Source: Chiloscyllium plagiosum (taxonomy: Eukaryota). From it: a stretch of DNA of 64,000 bases. Shown here piece by piece: positions 1 to 13,076 of the stretch. How positions within the stretch are numbered: position 1 is the stretch's first letter; each line of letters opens with the position of its first letter. The DNA lies in contig NC_057728.1 in assembly GCF_004010195.1 (NCBI RefSeq), positions 52,623,745-52,687,744 of the forward strand. Reading direction: 5' to 3'. A program made the translations under genes and the position numbers. Below the pieces are notes generated by a model that saw only the letters and a list, made by a program, of their open reading frames with translations, searched no databases and was not told where the DNA came from.

Positions 1-572
1 AAGTGATGTCACGTGTGGTGCATGAGGAATTGTGAGGGACGGAAGTGGCTGTGGAAGTGGCCATGATGGGGGTGGAAGTGACATCAATCAGCGTGGGGGT
101 GGCAGCTCCACCAGCCACATGGCTAATGGATTCCAAGTAGTGCCAGAGGCCGGGGGAATCTTCTGGAATGTTTGAGGAGCGCTGGTTATGGAAGTGGATA
201 GATAAAAGTTTGTTGTACTTACAGTTTTTGATGTTTGAGATGGAGTTGAAATACTGTTTGTTGAGAGTATGAATTCTCCTGAGGATGTAGTACAGAGTGG
301 GTCCTTTGCAATTCTGAGAGAGTGTGGCCCTCAGCTGAGGCAGGGCTGACTGTAGAGAGGTTAGGTGCCGGCGCATTGCTGCAAGCGTGGAGCGGAGGAT
401 CTTGAAGGAGAACTGTTGCTGGTGTTATTGAATCTGTAGTCTGTGCTGTTTGTCCTGTTTGGGTCCGAACTCTGCTGGTTTAAAGGTGGTCTGGAGTTTG
501 TGTGGGATGAGTTGGTTACGGAGGCAGGCACTGAGGAAGCAAATGTGGCTGTAGTGGCGAGTTTGTTTGGAA
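1..572 (-). mobile_element. Penelope-like element ORF, N-terminal region (fragment, one in-frame stop, runs off window start)
   Basis: Minus frame reads KQTRHYSHICFLSACLRNQLIPHKLQ...IQ*HQQQFSFKILRSTLAAMRRHL..., resembling the HxxFLxxCxxxxLIP motif at the N-terminus of vertebrate PLE polyproteins; abuts a CR1 3' fragment at about 573. Confidence 0.6.
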
Positions 573-1000
573 GCCTGGAATGGAGGGAAGGTCTTATGAG
601 GAAAGGCTGAGGGACGTGAGGCTGTTTTCGTTCGAGAGAAGAAGGTTGAGAGGTGACTTAATTGAGACATATAAGATATTCAGAGAATTAGACAGGGTGG
701 ACAGTGAGAGCCTTTTTCCTCGGATGGTGATGGCTAGCATGAAGGGACATAGCTTTAAATTGAGGGGCGATAGATATAGGACAGGTGTCAGAGGTAGTTT
801 CTTTACTCAGAGTGTAGTGGTGGTGTGGAATGCACTGCCTGCAACAATAGTAGACTCACCAACTTTAAGAGCATTTAAATGGTCAGTGAATAAATATATG
901 GATGGTAATAGAAGAGTGTAGGCTAGATGGGCTTCAGATCGGTTTCACATATCGGCATAACATCGAGAGCCTGTACTGTGCTGTAATGTATGTTTTATGT
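573..1000 (+). mobile_element. CR1 LINE 3' fragment
   Basis: ORF 580-921 SYEERL..LFSFERRRLRGDLIETYKI..GHSFKL..FFTQSVV..WNALP is the CR1 ORF2 C-terminus, followed by a 3' UTR/tail. Confidence 0.92.
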
Positions 1001-1310
1001 TGATCCACACATAGCAAACTCCCACAAAGAGCTGTGTGGTAATGAGCAGATTTCCTGTGCTTTTTTATGTTGCCATTTGAGGGATAAATAGCAACTGAGA
1101 CCCTGGGGAGAATTTCCTTGTCCATAATGCCACTTTACATTCATCTGAGAGACCAGGTGAGGTATCAGATGACCACTTCACCTGGAAGGCAGCACCCTCC
1201 TGTCGGTGCAGCTCTCCCCCAGTTCTGTATTGGAGAATTTTACAGTCTCTGGTCTTCAACCAACGACCACCTGATTGAGAAACAATACTGATGCCCATTG
1301 AGTCAAGTGA
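1000..1310 (-). mobile_element. Old Deu-domain SINE fragment
   Basis: cacatagcaaactcccacaaa / gagggataaata motifs are the reverse complement of the Deu-like core seen at 14380-14830. Confidence 0.55.
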
Positions 1311-1419
1311 AACTAGCTGTGCTTGAAAGGGGTCTATCCCAACCCTTTCCTTCTGCTTGCCCTGTCCAAATGCAGACTCAAATACGCACGTGAATCCTCT
1401 ACTGACCACAATGGAGATA

Positions 1420-2095
1420 ATTTGAGCTATGAAGTAATTAGTGCTTTGTGGTTAGATTACTGGCTGAGCAATCCAGTAACCTAGATTAATGATCAGGTAA
1501 GACCTGAGTTCAAACCCCACCACAATAGTTGGGTACATGTACATCCAATAAATAAATCTGGAATAAGAATTTACTATCCATAATCGTGACCAGATTGGTA
1601 GAAAAGTCAACCTGTCACTAATGACCTTTGGGGAAGGATAGCTGCTAATCTTACCCAGTCTGACCCATATACAATGCCAAACCCACAGTGATGTGGATGA
1701 CTCTTGGCCTAATACACTGCTCAAGCAAGGGGAGGTAGTGGTATGTGGTAATATCACTGGCAATCCATTGCATTAGGCTAATGCTCTGAGTACATGGGTT
1801 CAAATCCCAGCATGGCAGGTGGTGGTGGTTAAATGAGTAAATCTGGAGTTATAAAAGCAAAGGCGATCATGACAATGTTTCGCTGTAGGAACCCATCTAG
1901 TTGACCAATGTCCTTAATGGAATGAAAGTTCTGCCCTTAATCAGTGTGCCAAACATGTGGCTACAGACCCACAGCAATGTGGCTAACACCTGCATATATT
2001 GCCCATCCCTAAGTGTCCAGTGGGCCGTTAATTAGGGATGGGCAACAAATGCTGGACCTGGCCAGTCATCCCGACATCCCATAACAGAACAAAAG
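1420..2095 (+). mobile_element. Two tandem copies of a tRNA-head SINE (same family as 54164-54500)
   Basis: Repeated head (..ggttcaaatccc..), core ttacccagtctg/acccacagcaatgtg and tail gggcaacaaatgctggacctggccagt. Confidence 0.6.
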
Positions 2096-2142
2096 GAAAC
2101 AAAATGTTAAAGAGTGGGGCAAAAGAAGCTATCGCTTGTCAG

Positions 2143-2380
2143 CATAGAGCCACAGAGATGTACAGCATGGAAACAGACAGTTCGGTCCAACCCGTCCACA
2201 CCGACCAGATATCCCAACTCAGTCTAGTCCCAACTGCCAGCACCTGGCCCATATCCCTCCAAACCCTTCCTATTCATATACCCATCCAAATGCCTCTTAA
2301 ATGTTGCAATCGTACTAGCCTTCCTCTGGCAGCTCATTCCATACACGCACCCCCCTCTGCATGACAAAGTTGCTCCTTAG
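2143..2380 (-). mobile_element. CR1 LINE 3' end
   Basis: Reverse complement of the CR1 3' end seen at 24900-25120 and 36000-36235. Confidence 0.88.
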
Positions 2381-2984
2381 GAGCAATGCTCACATCCTGT
2401 GAATGAACAGGAAAATTTTGAAAATGGCTTTGCTTCCCCAAAACATTTCTCTGGCCTGTGGGCTGCTTATTTGTTAACAACAGCCAGAGGGCCTCAAATT
2501 TGGCCAGGACCACGGTTTCTTGGCACATTCCATGTACATTGTGTTTCCAAGTCCCAGTGCCAGGAAATTTGGACAGATTCCTCCATTGCATCTGCAGCCC
2601 CAAAGGCATATCAGGTCTTTAAAATTCCTCCATTCAGACCACCAACAGTAAATTCTGGGAGAATGCTTTTAAAACATCTTTTTTGAGGGGGTTGTGCTGG
2701 AGAAAATGGAATCAGATTTTTAAAAAGTGACAGCAGGTCACACTGTAAGTGTGGAGCTGAATTCAGATAGCGGAGAAAATGAAATCGGACTAAACTGGGA
2801 AATGGTGGAATGTCAGAGGAAATCACATGGGTTGGCAGGTACATGGGCATTGTTTTGGTAACAGAGAGCCTAAAAATAGCGTAAAAATTAAAATCCAGAA
2901 ATGTTTCATTTAAAAGAAAAGGAAATCGAAATCTTGCCTGTGATTTCTTGCTCCTTCGATTCATTGTAGCCATTCAGCTAAAAC

Positions 2985-3385
2985 GCTCACGACAACAACA
3001 ACCTGAATTGTTACAGCACCTCAAACATTGCAAAACGTCCCTATGGTGTTCCACAGCTTTGTCAGTAAATAAACTCTAACCAACGAGTTGCGAAAGGAAA
3101 TATTTGGACAGGCGACCAAAAGCTGGGTTCAAAGTGGTAAGGTTGTAAGAAACAGGAAAATGAGGAGGAGAAAGGTGGAGAGGTTTTGGGTTAGGAATTC
3201 TGAGCTCAGGTCCTATGCAACTGAAGACCCAGCATTGGTGGACTGCTGGAAGATGGGAATAGGCATAAAGCTGGGCCTGGAGATCATAGAAGATCAGGTT
3301 GTTGGGCTGGGTAGTTGATATGTTTTGTAGCACTGGATGAAATGACTGGGATCAGGAGAGGTGATTTGAAGATGAGGATGTAACC
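2985..3385 (-). mobile_element. Degenerate L2-type LINE 3' fragment
   Basis: Minus strand resembles the L2-like 3' region at 43200-43600. Confidence 0.45.
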
Positions 3386-3454
3386 ACAATTAATTACATT
3401 GATACATTAGAATGTTGGCAGGTATATTCAAAACGAATGGTCTTTATTTGCAGT

Positions 3455-3620
3455 CATTCCTCCAAAACAGCCTATTTGTGCTGTTGTGCATGGGCCAATC
3501 AAGGAGCCCTGGCTGACAGATATAAAAGGAGTGTCAGAGAATCTCCTCATCCTAGGCACTGGCTCTGAGCTGGCTGGTACTATATACATGTGACTAAAGG
3601 GTGACCTTGTGACGGGATAC
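3455..3620 (+). mobile_element. LTR fragment (same family as 7410-7837 and 55860-57180)
   Basis: ccaatcaaggagccctggctgacagatataaaaggagtgtcagag...taaagggtgacc; CCAAT and TATA-like motifs; shared with two other copies. Confidence 0.6.
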
Positions 3621-3940
3621 AATTATTTCACACACCAAAATTATTGCCTCTATGCAATTATTTCACACACCAAAAACATAAGTAATCAATCATTCAAAAT
3701 CCGTGAGCAAAACTTGCCTATCAGCGACCACTTTCACTTCCCTGACAATCTTGCTCTCTGACCTGCTTCCCCACAACACTGAGCAAAGGGAGGATGAACA
3801 GGTTGACAACATCCATCAGGTGGAGGTACAGGAGGAGTGCGCATCATCTGGGGAGACTGGCTGGGAGGGGGACACATCTACACATCCTCCTCCCTTCCAC
3901 ACTGAGCAACTACCCATTAACCTCCCCCATCAACGCCTGG

Positions 3941-4146
3941 GAGAAAGTGAGCACTGCAGATGCTGGAATTCAGTCAAATTGTGCTGGAAAAGCGCAGCCG
4001 CTCAGTCAGCATCCGAAGAGCAGGAGAGTCAACGTCTCCAGCATAAGCTCATTCCTGATGAAGAGCTTATGCTTGAAATGTCGACTCTCCTGCTCCTTGG
4101 ACGCTACCTGACCGGCTGCGCTTTTCCAGTGCCACACTTTTTGACA
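3941..4146 (+). mobile_element. Palindromic PLE-derived mini-element (family A) with degenerate hammerhead
   Basis: Internal inverted repeat; CTGATGAAGAGCTTATGCTTGAAATGTC at 4055-4082; 15 bp direct repeat cccatcaacgcctgg at 3926-3940 and 4147-4161. Confidence 0.85.
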
Positions 4147-6462
4147 CCCATCAACGCCTGGCCCCGGTTTGCAGAACATCTCGTCTTTGTCAGTAAGTTA
4201 TAATAGACTGCAATTGCTTTTAATGTTTTATTCTATTAATATTAACTTTTATTTCACAAGTTTTAGCGTTTATTATTTTGACCCAAACAAAACCCCAGAA
4301 ATAACAGGCAAAAAGTCATAATCTTGTGGCCTGGGAACCTAACCCTATTTTTAAGCATATGTTATTAAACTCTGCACTCGCTAATTCATCATTCCCAGGG
4401 TTTTCAGAAACAGAACCCTCATGGATACAGAGGAATGACTGTATAGTCAAAGTGTTTAGCAATGACTCTGCAGACTGTAATATTCTGCTGACCACCTACA
4501 CTATGGGATTTATTTTTCTGAACCATTTTTTTTTCCTCAGTTAATATCTGTCGCCTCTTCCCTGATTTCCAGTTCTTTTACTTGGAGAGCAACACATCAG
4601 TTGTTCCCATTGGGAATTCCATTAATACGCAATCATCCTCTTTATAACAAGTTCAGCAGTTCAGTCTAATGGCTCTTGGACCCATTTGGAAAGATTCCTC
4701 AGAGGCTTGTTCTTACTTGCTTCAATGTCTAACTGCTGTCAGTCTCTGGTACTTTGTGGTTAAGATGCAATAATTGAAAGCCAAAGCTGTACTCACTGCT
4801 CAGAATGAAAGAGTCTCTTTCTCAGCGTCAAAATGCCACAAAAAGCTCCATAGCCATTGAAATTCTGTTTACAGTGTTGTAATACATGAAAAGACATCTT
4901 GGTTAAGTTATTGGTCAGGCCACAGAAAACTTTCCCTTGCCCATTCTCGAATAGCATTTTTGTTACATCCTCTCAAAAGGGCAGATAATAGCTCAGTTTA
5001 GTGTCACATCCAAAAGACAGCACCCCTGACAGTACAGCCTTCCCTCAATACTGCACTTCTATGGCCAAATCTGTGGTCTTATTCTGGCTCAGGTGAGAGT
5101 GTGACCCACTAAGCCACAAGTTGTCAACCAGGTGAAACAGCAGATATGTGAACTTATAAAGCATCTTTCAGTCAATTAGGTAGTTTTGAAGGGTAATCAG
5201 TCTAGTATTGCTTTTATTCATTCATGGGATGTGGGCATCGCTTGCTGGACAGTATTTATTGCCCATCCCTAAATGCTCAGAGGATAGTTAAGAATCGCTG
5301 TGGGTCTAGAGTCTCACATAGACCAGATCAAGTAAAAGACAGCAGATTTCCTTTCCTTAAAAGGATATTAGTGACCAGATGGGTTTTAAAACAATCGTTT
5401 CTTGGTCACCATTAGATTAGATTTAATTTTTTTCTGAATTTAAATTTCATCATCAAACCCCTGTCCCCAGAACATTAGAACTAGGGTTCTGGTGACATTA
5501 TCAATACGCCACTGTGTCACCAACAGAAAATGTACCACTTTCTGCACAGTAAGCTGCCACAAACAGCAAAACAATTAATGAGCAGAATGAATATGGGCAG
5601 AAAGTTGTTTTTTTTTTCCTTCTGGCTAACACTCCAGCAAGAAAACCATCTTAAAACAGATTTACTTGAGTTAATTTTAGCTGAAATAATCTATCCTTCA
5701 GAATCAATATTGAGAGACTGTCCTTGTTCTTTTCATGAAATAACGTAACCCAGTCACTACGTGTAATAAATTATGTGGAGTTAAACTAATGCCTGTGAAA
5801 GCCCAGTGTATATTTTTGCACTATTAAGAGGCGAAAACATTAATAATCCTCACAGGATATCAGCCTCTGCTCACTTCCTACTTCCTCTTTCAGTTCCAAT
5901 GATGACCTCTCAGTTAGTTTCACTGAGTCTGTCTACATGTTGCAGTCTGATGGAGATACATTGTATTTGGCAAATAGGGACAATATTAAGAAGGCTTCCA
6001 CTCTGAAAACACATACACACTCTGTCCAGCCAACATATCTGCTTCACTTTCTGGGTGGACATTCCTGTAAGGAGGATGCCAGAGGGGTTCCAGTGACTCA
6101 TTGCACCAATCCCAATCCTTACTTCATGTCAAATAGATATATTACATGTGTACAGAAATTTCCTCCAGTTAAAACTGGGTACCTGTGAATAGAAACAGAG
6201 AATATTCATGAGCTGAAGAACAATGGTTTGTCATTTTTGGTTCAATGTTTACCATCCAAATAAAACATACTGGTTTAAACTATATCTTTTCCCCCAAAGT
6301 CTTGCACTTTCTAACATTTTATGATTTCCGCCAGGTTTAAGCCCCTTCTCTGTAAATGAGTAGAGGCGTAACATTTGCAAACCTTCACCTTTAAATCGCG
6401 CACTATATGAACCATTGCTTTCTTTAAGGTTCCCCATTGTTCCTTGGTGAGTTATCCACTTC

Positions 6463-6750
6463 ATAGAATCTCTGAAGTGTGGAAGCAGGCCATCCAGCCC
6501 ATTGAGTCTACACCAACCCTCCCAAAGAGCACCCATCCAGATCTACCCTATCCCTGTTAGTCTGCATTAGTATGCTAATCCACTGAGCCTGCACATCTTT
6601 GGACTGTGGGAGGAAACTGGAGTATCCAGAAGAAATCCACATAGACAAGGGAAGTACGTGCAAACTCCACACAGACAGTCACCTGAGGGTGGAATCGGAC
6701 TTGGGGCCCTGGCGCCTTGGGACTTGAGTTTTAACCAGAGTCACCACACT
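6463..6750 (-). mobile_element. HE1-type V-SINE (older copy)
   Basis: V-domain (cctgcacatctttggactgtgggaggaaac..tgcaaactccacacagac) plus tRNA-like head. Confidence 0.8.
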
Positions 6751-7409
6751 TATTTTTAATTCCCATTCACTTGAGTCAGGTTCCTTTACAACTAAATGAA
6801 ATAATTCCTCCTCAAGATAAAAGTACATTTACACTTGATTCATCCTTGTCCATAACTGTTCTAATTATGTTTATGGTCACTGTTCCCCAAATGCTCCTCC
6901 ATTGAAACATATGCCACTCACTTCATTTTAATCCTTAGAATTAAACCTAGAAATTCTTCCTTTCTCTTTGAGTTGCAAACAAACTGATTAACAAACTTCC
7001 TTTGTAGACACATTTGCCCTTAATACTGTTACAATCGCAATTAGATTAGGTGAAGTCTCCCACTATCACCTCCCTATGGTTCTGGCATCTTTCCATAATT
7101 TGCCTGTAACATTGGTGACATATCCTAGATGTCCAGTCATAGTATCTCAGCTATTTTTCCATAATTCCAAACAAATAAATTCAGTTTTGATCCCCTTATT
7201 CTGATCTAGTGTTTCTCTCTTCTAATTACTACTGCCTTGTCCACCTCCTTTTCCTTTCCAGAATAGCTTGCAGCCAGGAATATTTTTCCCAATCATTTCC
7301 CTTCTTTTAGGCAAATCTCTCTTCTTGTCACCACACCACTATGTCACTAGCATAGACCATTTGACCAAGGAGCAGGAGAAAGCCATTGGCCCACGGAATC
7401 AGTTCTGCT

Positions 7410-7837
7410 ATGAAATAACTTCCCAGAGGCTGGTATAAGTCACCCTTTATTTACATGTGCAGAGTCGTTGACACCACATCTCATCCCTCAGAGCCAGCTC
7501 TCAGAGTGATCAGAACATCTGACCCTCCTGTTTATATTCGTCAGCCAGGACTCCCTAATTGGCTGTTAACCTGGTACAATCAGGGAACTCCTATTCTATA
7601 AGTCAAGAGTGTGGTGTCGGAAAAGCACAGCAGGTCAGGCAGCATCCGAGGAGCAGGAAAATCTATGTTTTGGGCAAATGGCTTTTACCCGAAACGACGA
7701 TTTTCTTGCTCCTCGGGTGCTGCCTCACCTGCTTTTCCAGCACCACACTCTTGACTCTAATCTCCAGCATCTGCAGTACTCACTTTCATCCCATATTCTA
7801 TAAGGTCCACCTGGCTGACTTCACTCCAATCACTACA
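7410..7837 (-). mobile_element. Solo-LTR-like element interrupted by a PLE mini-element
   Basis: Minus strand begins TGTAGTGATTG, contains AATAAA; homologous to 3455-3620 and 55860-57180. Confidence 0.6.
7603..7793 (+). mobile_element. Palindromic PLE-derived mini-element (family A), hammerhead core partly deleted
   Basis: Inverted arms; 11 bp direct repeat tattctataag at 7592-7602 and 7794-7804. Confidence 0.85.
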
Positions 7838-8104
7838 TGCCATTCAATGGGATCAGGACGGATCTGACAATCCACTTTCCTATCTTTTTCCCAGAACCCT
7901 TGATTCCCTCATCAATTAAAAATCTGTCTGATTTAGTCTTGAATGTACTTATTACCCAGCCTCAATAGTGCTTTGTGCTAAATCCACAAATTCATTATTC
8001 TCTGAGAGAAGAAATTCCTCCTCATCTCTGTCTTAAAAGGGCAATCTCTCACTCTGCGCTTATGCCCTCTGGTCCTATACTCTCTCAGAGGGGGAAACAA
8101 CCCA

Positions 8105-8447
8105 GAATCATAGAATACCCACAGTGTGGAAGCAGGACATACAGCCCATCAAGTCCATACTGACCCTCTGAAGAGAATCCCACTCAGACCTACCCCATCC
8201 CTATAACCCTGTATATCCAATCCTAACCCAGCTTGCCTGCATTTCCTTGGACACAATGGGTAATTTAGAATGACCAATTCATCTAACCTACACACCTTTG
8301 GACTGTGAGATGAAACTAAAACCCCGGTAGGAAACCCATGCAGACATGGGGAGAATGTGCGAAGTCCACACAGACAGTCACCTGGGAAGGAATCAAACCC
8401 GGGTCCCCAGTGCTGCGAGGCAGCAGTGCTAACCTCTGAGAGACCGT
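8105..8447 (-). mobile_element. HE1-type V-SINE inserted in an old minus-strand CR1 fragment (about 7865-8620)
   Basis: V-domain and tRNA-like head; flanking ORF 8149-8583 starts with CR1 LYLLEYGRVRGDFFETYKIL. Confidence 0.8.
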
Positions 8448-8788
8448 ACCAACTCTCTGTATCTACCTTGTGAAATCCCCTAAGAATCTTGTATGTTTCA
8501 AAAAAGTCACCTCTCACTCTTCCATATTCCAACAAGTACAGGCTCAACCTATTCATCCACTCATGATAAAACAGCCCCTCCACTCCTGGGATAAACCTAG
8601 TGAACTTTCTTTGGACTTCACAGGCCAGCAGATCTATTGGAATAGCACAGCTCCAATACTAGAAAAACTAGGTAAAGAAACTAGACATTAGATAAGGTGT
8701 TCAAATGAGCCATGATTGTACTGAATGGCAGGATAGGCTTGACATGCTGAATGGCCTACTTGTATTCCTATGTTCCTATAGGCTGAGC

Positions 8789-9108
8789 TAGATTAGATTA
8801 GATTCCCTACAGTATAGAAACAGGCCCTTCGGCCCAACAAGTCCACACTGACCCTCTGAAGAGTAACCCACCCAGACCTATTTCCCTCTGACTAACCCAC
8901 CTAACACTATGGGCAATTTAGCATGGCCTATGCACCTGATCTGCACATCTTTGGATTGTGAGAGGAAATCAGAGCACCTGGAGGAAACCCACGCAGACAC
9001 AGGGAGAATGTGCAAACTCTACGCAGACAATTGACTGAAGCTGGGATTGAACCTGGGTGCCTGGCGCTGTGAGGCAACAATGCTAATCACTGAGCCACCG
9101 TACCGCCC
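8789..9108 (-). mobile_element. HE1-type V-SINE
   Basis: tRNA-derived head with A/B-box-like motifs, V-domain, (TAATC)n tail. Confidence 0.9.
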
Positions 9109-9564
9109 AACTTAGACTTAGTGAGAGAGGCTTGTTTGAAGTATGAATGTCTGGACAGGGTTGACCTGAATGGCTTGTTTCTGAGCTGTACCTTCTGTGC
9201 AATTACATCCAATTGGTAACTTAAAAGTGACTTACCCCATTATCAGTTGTTGACTTTATGTAAGAGATTCTTGATTTTCAAGGATGAATTGGCCTTGTTG
9301 TTCAATCCCTTCCCTGTGCAACACCAATCAGAGGGTTATTTATCGTCATAAAGCAGGCGTTTTTGTAAGATTTTCAGTAGATTGTAGATTGCAATAGAAG
9401 GTGCTTTCAGACTGAATTATTTGTTTTCATTAAATTCAGCAATGTTTCAGTAACAATTTAGTGCAATTTCATATTGAAGCTTCGGTTGTAGGTGAAGAGG
9501 CAGAAGAGCAAGAAGTGAGGGAATGGAAGGGTTAGCCATCACAGTCTGGATAATGGTGAGGCAT

Positions 9565-9756
9565 GGAGACTGGTTTAGCTCAGTTGGTTGGACAGTTGGT
9601 TTGCAAAGCAGTGTGATGCCAACAGCATGGGTTCAATTTCTACACTGGCTGAGGTTATCATGAAGGACTCTTCTTCTCAATCTCTCCCCTGTGGTGGCCC
9701 TCAGGTTAAATCACCAGCAGTTGTTCCTGTGGTCTGGTAAGACAAAGGTGACTTAA
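9565..9756 (+). mobile_element. Old tRNA-derived SINE
   Basis: A-box-like tagctcagttgg and B-box-like gggttcaatttc; related minus-strand pieces at about 44440-45155. Confidence 0.55.
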
Positions 9757-9814
9757 GACATGGAATGAGTGATACCTTGCTACCCATCTACAGAATTATA
9801 GGATAGCACAGCAT

Positions 9815-10980
9815 GTTATCTACCTAGACTTCCAAAGGGCCTTTGATAAGGTGCCTCATGGGAGGCTGTTGAGTAAGGTGAGGGCCCATGGTGTTAGAGG
9901 TGAGCTACCGGCATGGATTAAGGATTGGCTGTCTGATAGAAGGTAGAGAGTTGGGATAAAAGGTTCTTTTTCAGAATGGCAGGTAGTGACAAGTCGTGTC
10001 CCACAGGGTTCACTATTGGGGCCAAAGCTGTTCACCTTATATATTAATGATCTGGATGAAGGGACTGGGACCATTCTGGAGAAGTTTGCCGATGATACAA
10101 AGTTGGTGGACAGCAGGTAGTTCTGAGGAGGTGGGGATGCTGCAGAAAGATTTAGACAGTTTAGGAGAGTGGTCTAGGAAATGGCTAATGAAATTCAATG
10201 TGAGCAAGGACGAGGTCTTGCACGTTGGAAAAAAGAATACAGGCATGGACTATTTTCTAAATGGTGAGAAAATTCATAAAGCCAAAGTACAAAGGGATCT
10301 GGGATTGCTCGTCCAAGATTCTCTAAAGGTTAAGAAAGCAAATATATGTTGGCATTTATCTCAAGAGGGTTGGAATATAAAAGCAGCGATGTGCTACTGA
10401 GACTTTATAAAGCTCTGGTTTGGCCCTATTTGGAATACTGTGTCCAATTTTGGGCCTCACACCTCAGGAAGGACATACTGGCAACAGAGCATGTTCAGCG
10501 AAGATTCACACAGATGATCCTGGGACGGTAGGCCGAATATATGATGAACGGCTGAAGATCCTGGGATTGTATTCATTAGAGTTTAGAAGGTTGAGGGGAG
10601 ATCTAATAGAAACTCACAAGATAATGCATGGCTTAGAAAGGGTGGACGCTGGGAATTTGTTTCCGTCAGATGGGGACACTAGGACCCGTGGGTACAGCCT
10701 TAGAATTAGAGGGGGTCAAGTTAAAACGGAAATGAGGAGACATTTCTTCAGCCAGAGAGTGGTGGGCCTGTGGAATTCATTACCACGGAGCGCAGTGGAG
10801 GCCGGGACATTAAATGTCTTCAAGGCAGAGATTAATCAATTCTTAATCTCGTAAGGAATTAAGGGTTACGGGGAGAGTGCAGGTAATTGGTGATGAAATG
10901 CCCATCAGCCACGATTGAATGGCAGAGTGGACTCAATGTTCCGAATGGCCTTCCTTCCATTCCTATGTCTTATGGTCTTA
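9815..10980 (+). mobile_element. CR1 LINE, RT domain to 3' end (frameshifted)
   Basis: [55 protein letters not shown] motifs. Confidence 0.95.
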
Positions 10981-12929
10981 GAAGGAGAACATTGAACTCA
11001 ACCAGTCTCTTTCAAAGAGTAATCCACTGAAGGCCAATTCCCTGCTTTTTCTCTAAATCACTGCAACCTTTTCTTCTTCAGGTATTTATCTAATTTATCC
11101 AAGGTGAATTCCGAATTCATACCCACCACCCTATCAGTCAGTGCATTCCAAATCCTGGCCACTCGGTGGGTGAAAAAAAAGTTCTCTGTCATGCCATTTC
11201 TGGTACTTTTGCCAATCATTCTAAATCTCTGTTCCTGGGATGAAGGGGCTGCGAGGTACTGTGGAAGAAAGCCCAGCAGAGTGCTTCAGTGCACCTTGTA
11301 TGTGCACCCCAGGTACATAATGTGTTAAGGAAACTGGAAGTTGTACCCTTTTAATTGGCAGTACACCTCCTTGTTATCAAATGTCTGGACAAAATATTAT
11401 GTGCTTCTCATCAATGTCTTTGACTGATTATTACATTAAACGATAAAAATAAAAGTATTCTTGAGGGATATTTCTTATCATTATGGGCCAAAGGCAGGTA
11501 CATGGAATTAGACCAGAGATCAGCCATGGTCTGACTGAATGGTGGAACAAGGTCATGGCTTTGAATGGCCTACACCTGTTCCTATACTTAATGTTCAGAT
11601 TACTCCTAACAAACTCCCTTTCATCCCTTTTAATGTAGGCATAAAGCCTGCACATCAAAATAGCAAGTCTCAAGATAAAGAGCAGGCCATTTAGAATTAA
11701 GCTAAGGAGGAATGTCTTCACTCAGAAGATGGTAAATTCCACAGAGAGCTGTGGAAGCTCTGTCATTGAGTGTGTTCAAGACTGAGATCAATTGATTTCT
11801 ACATCAAGGGATATGGGATAGTGCAGGAAAATGGGCGTTGAAGTAGAAAATCAGCCAGGATCTCGTTGAATGGTGCAGCTATCATGAAGGGCTGAATGGC
11901 CTCCTCTTGCACCTGTGGAGTACACCTCTCATTACCTGATTCTCACTGTAGTGTCATTATTGGAATAGCTGCAGTGAAGTCAAGAAACATTTCAGTGACA
12001 GAAAGAAATATTATCAATTCAAAATCAAAATTATAAAATCAGTGCATTGACAGGAAGGGTTTTTATCACAATTTGCAATGGGCTTTAGTATCAGAACTGT
12101 GATACACTAACGTCTAAGTCAGAAAGTTGGGACTTCAGTGTCCACATGGGTCTGAATGGACTGGCTGCTTTTGTCACATCGTGCCTCATTTCCTCTTTCC
12201 CTCATTAAGTTTGGTGTGATATAAAACTGGTTGCGATTCCCTAGGAAGGCATTTTATATCAACCATATTCACTTGCCACAATCCAGTCAGATACATCAGT
12301 GCTGTACTGAGGGAGTGCTGCTTTGTTTTGGACAGGGTATTGAAGCAGGAAGATGAAAATAGGTCAGCAATCACTGCCTTTCTTTAATGTAGAGCAGGAC
12401 AGCTCTCTGGGGTCCTGGTCAACACTTATCCCTCAGCAGAGTATTGTTATTGGTTACTGATGCATAGGACATGCAGCACCTGAAAGGGTTTACTAAAATC
12501 ACAAGACAAGCTCCACCCATCAGGAAATAAAGGATTGATCCTGAGCCAGTGTCCTGTTGAGAAGCTATAATGTGAACTCTCTATGAGTCTGCTATTTGTG
12601 AGGCTTTTGTTTTTGGCTAAATGTTTTGATGAGGCAATAGTAGGAGAACAATTTTCCAGCTGGCAGCAACTTGCTGGGTAATTCTGTAAATCTTTTCCAC
12701 AGTCATTCATCAGGATCCTTTGTTCTTCAGTAACCCCCCTCCCAAATTCCTCACTCAACTCTACTGCTTAAAATCTGATAAGGGCTCAATCTACAATTAC
12801 AATTTGCATATTTAAAGTATCCAAGGGGCATTTTATTAATAACAAGCAGTGAATGGTCTTAACTGTTGTAATAACACTTGGGTAAACTCAAGGCCATTAA
12901 CACCCAAAATTACATTTAAGATATCAAAC

Positions 12930-12991
12930 CTGTTCTGTTCCTGTTCTACGTCTGTCTGGTAATTTCTAATTCTTCTGTTTCTTTCGCAGTG
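12930..12991 (-). CDS. Candidate exon: cytoplasmic tail of a single-pass membrane protein (HCERNRRIRNYQTDVEQEQN)
   Basis: Acceptor cctgtttccacag, phase 0 matches the upstream exon; 85 bp intron 13076-12992; candidate donor AG|gtttga is weak. Confidence 0.6.
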
Positions 12992-13076
12992 CTGTGGAAA
13001 CAGGTATTCATTGGAAGTCAATAGACTGCAGCCAGATTGAATTTTCAATTGCAAGCAATTTTGACAGCAAGCTCAC

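Noticed and set aside
3703..4203. 166 aa plus-strand ORF
   Set aside because: The second half is the PLE mini-element; the remainder has no recognisable homology
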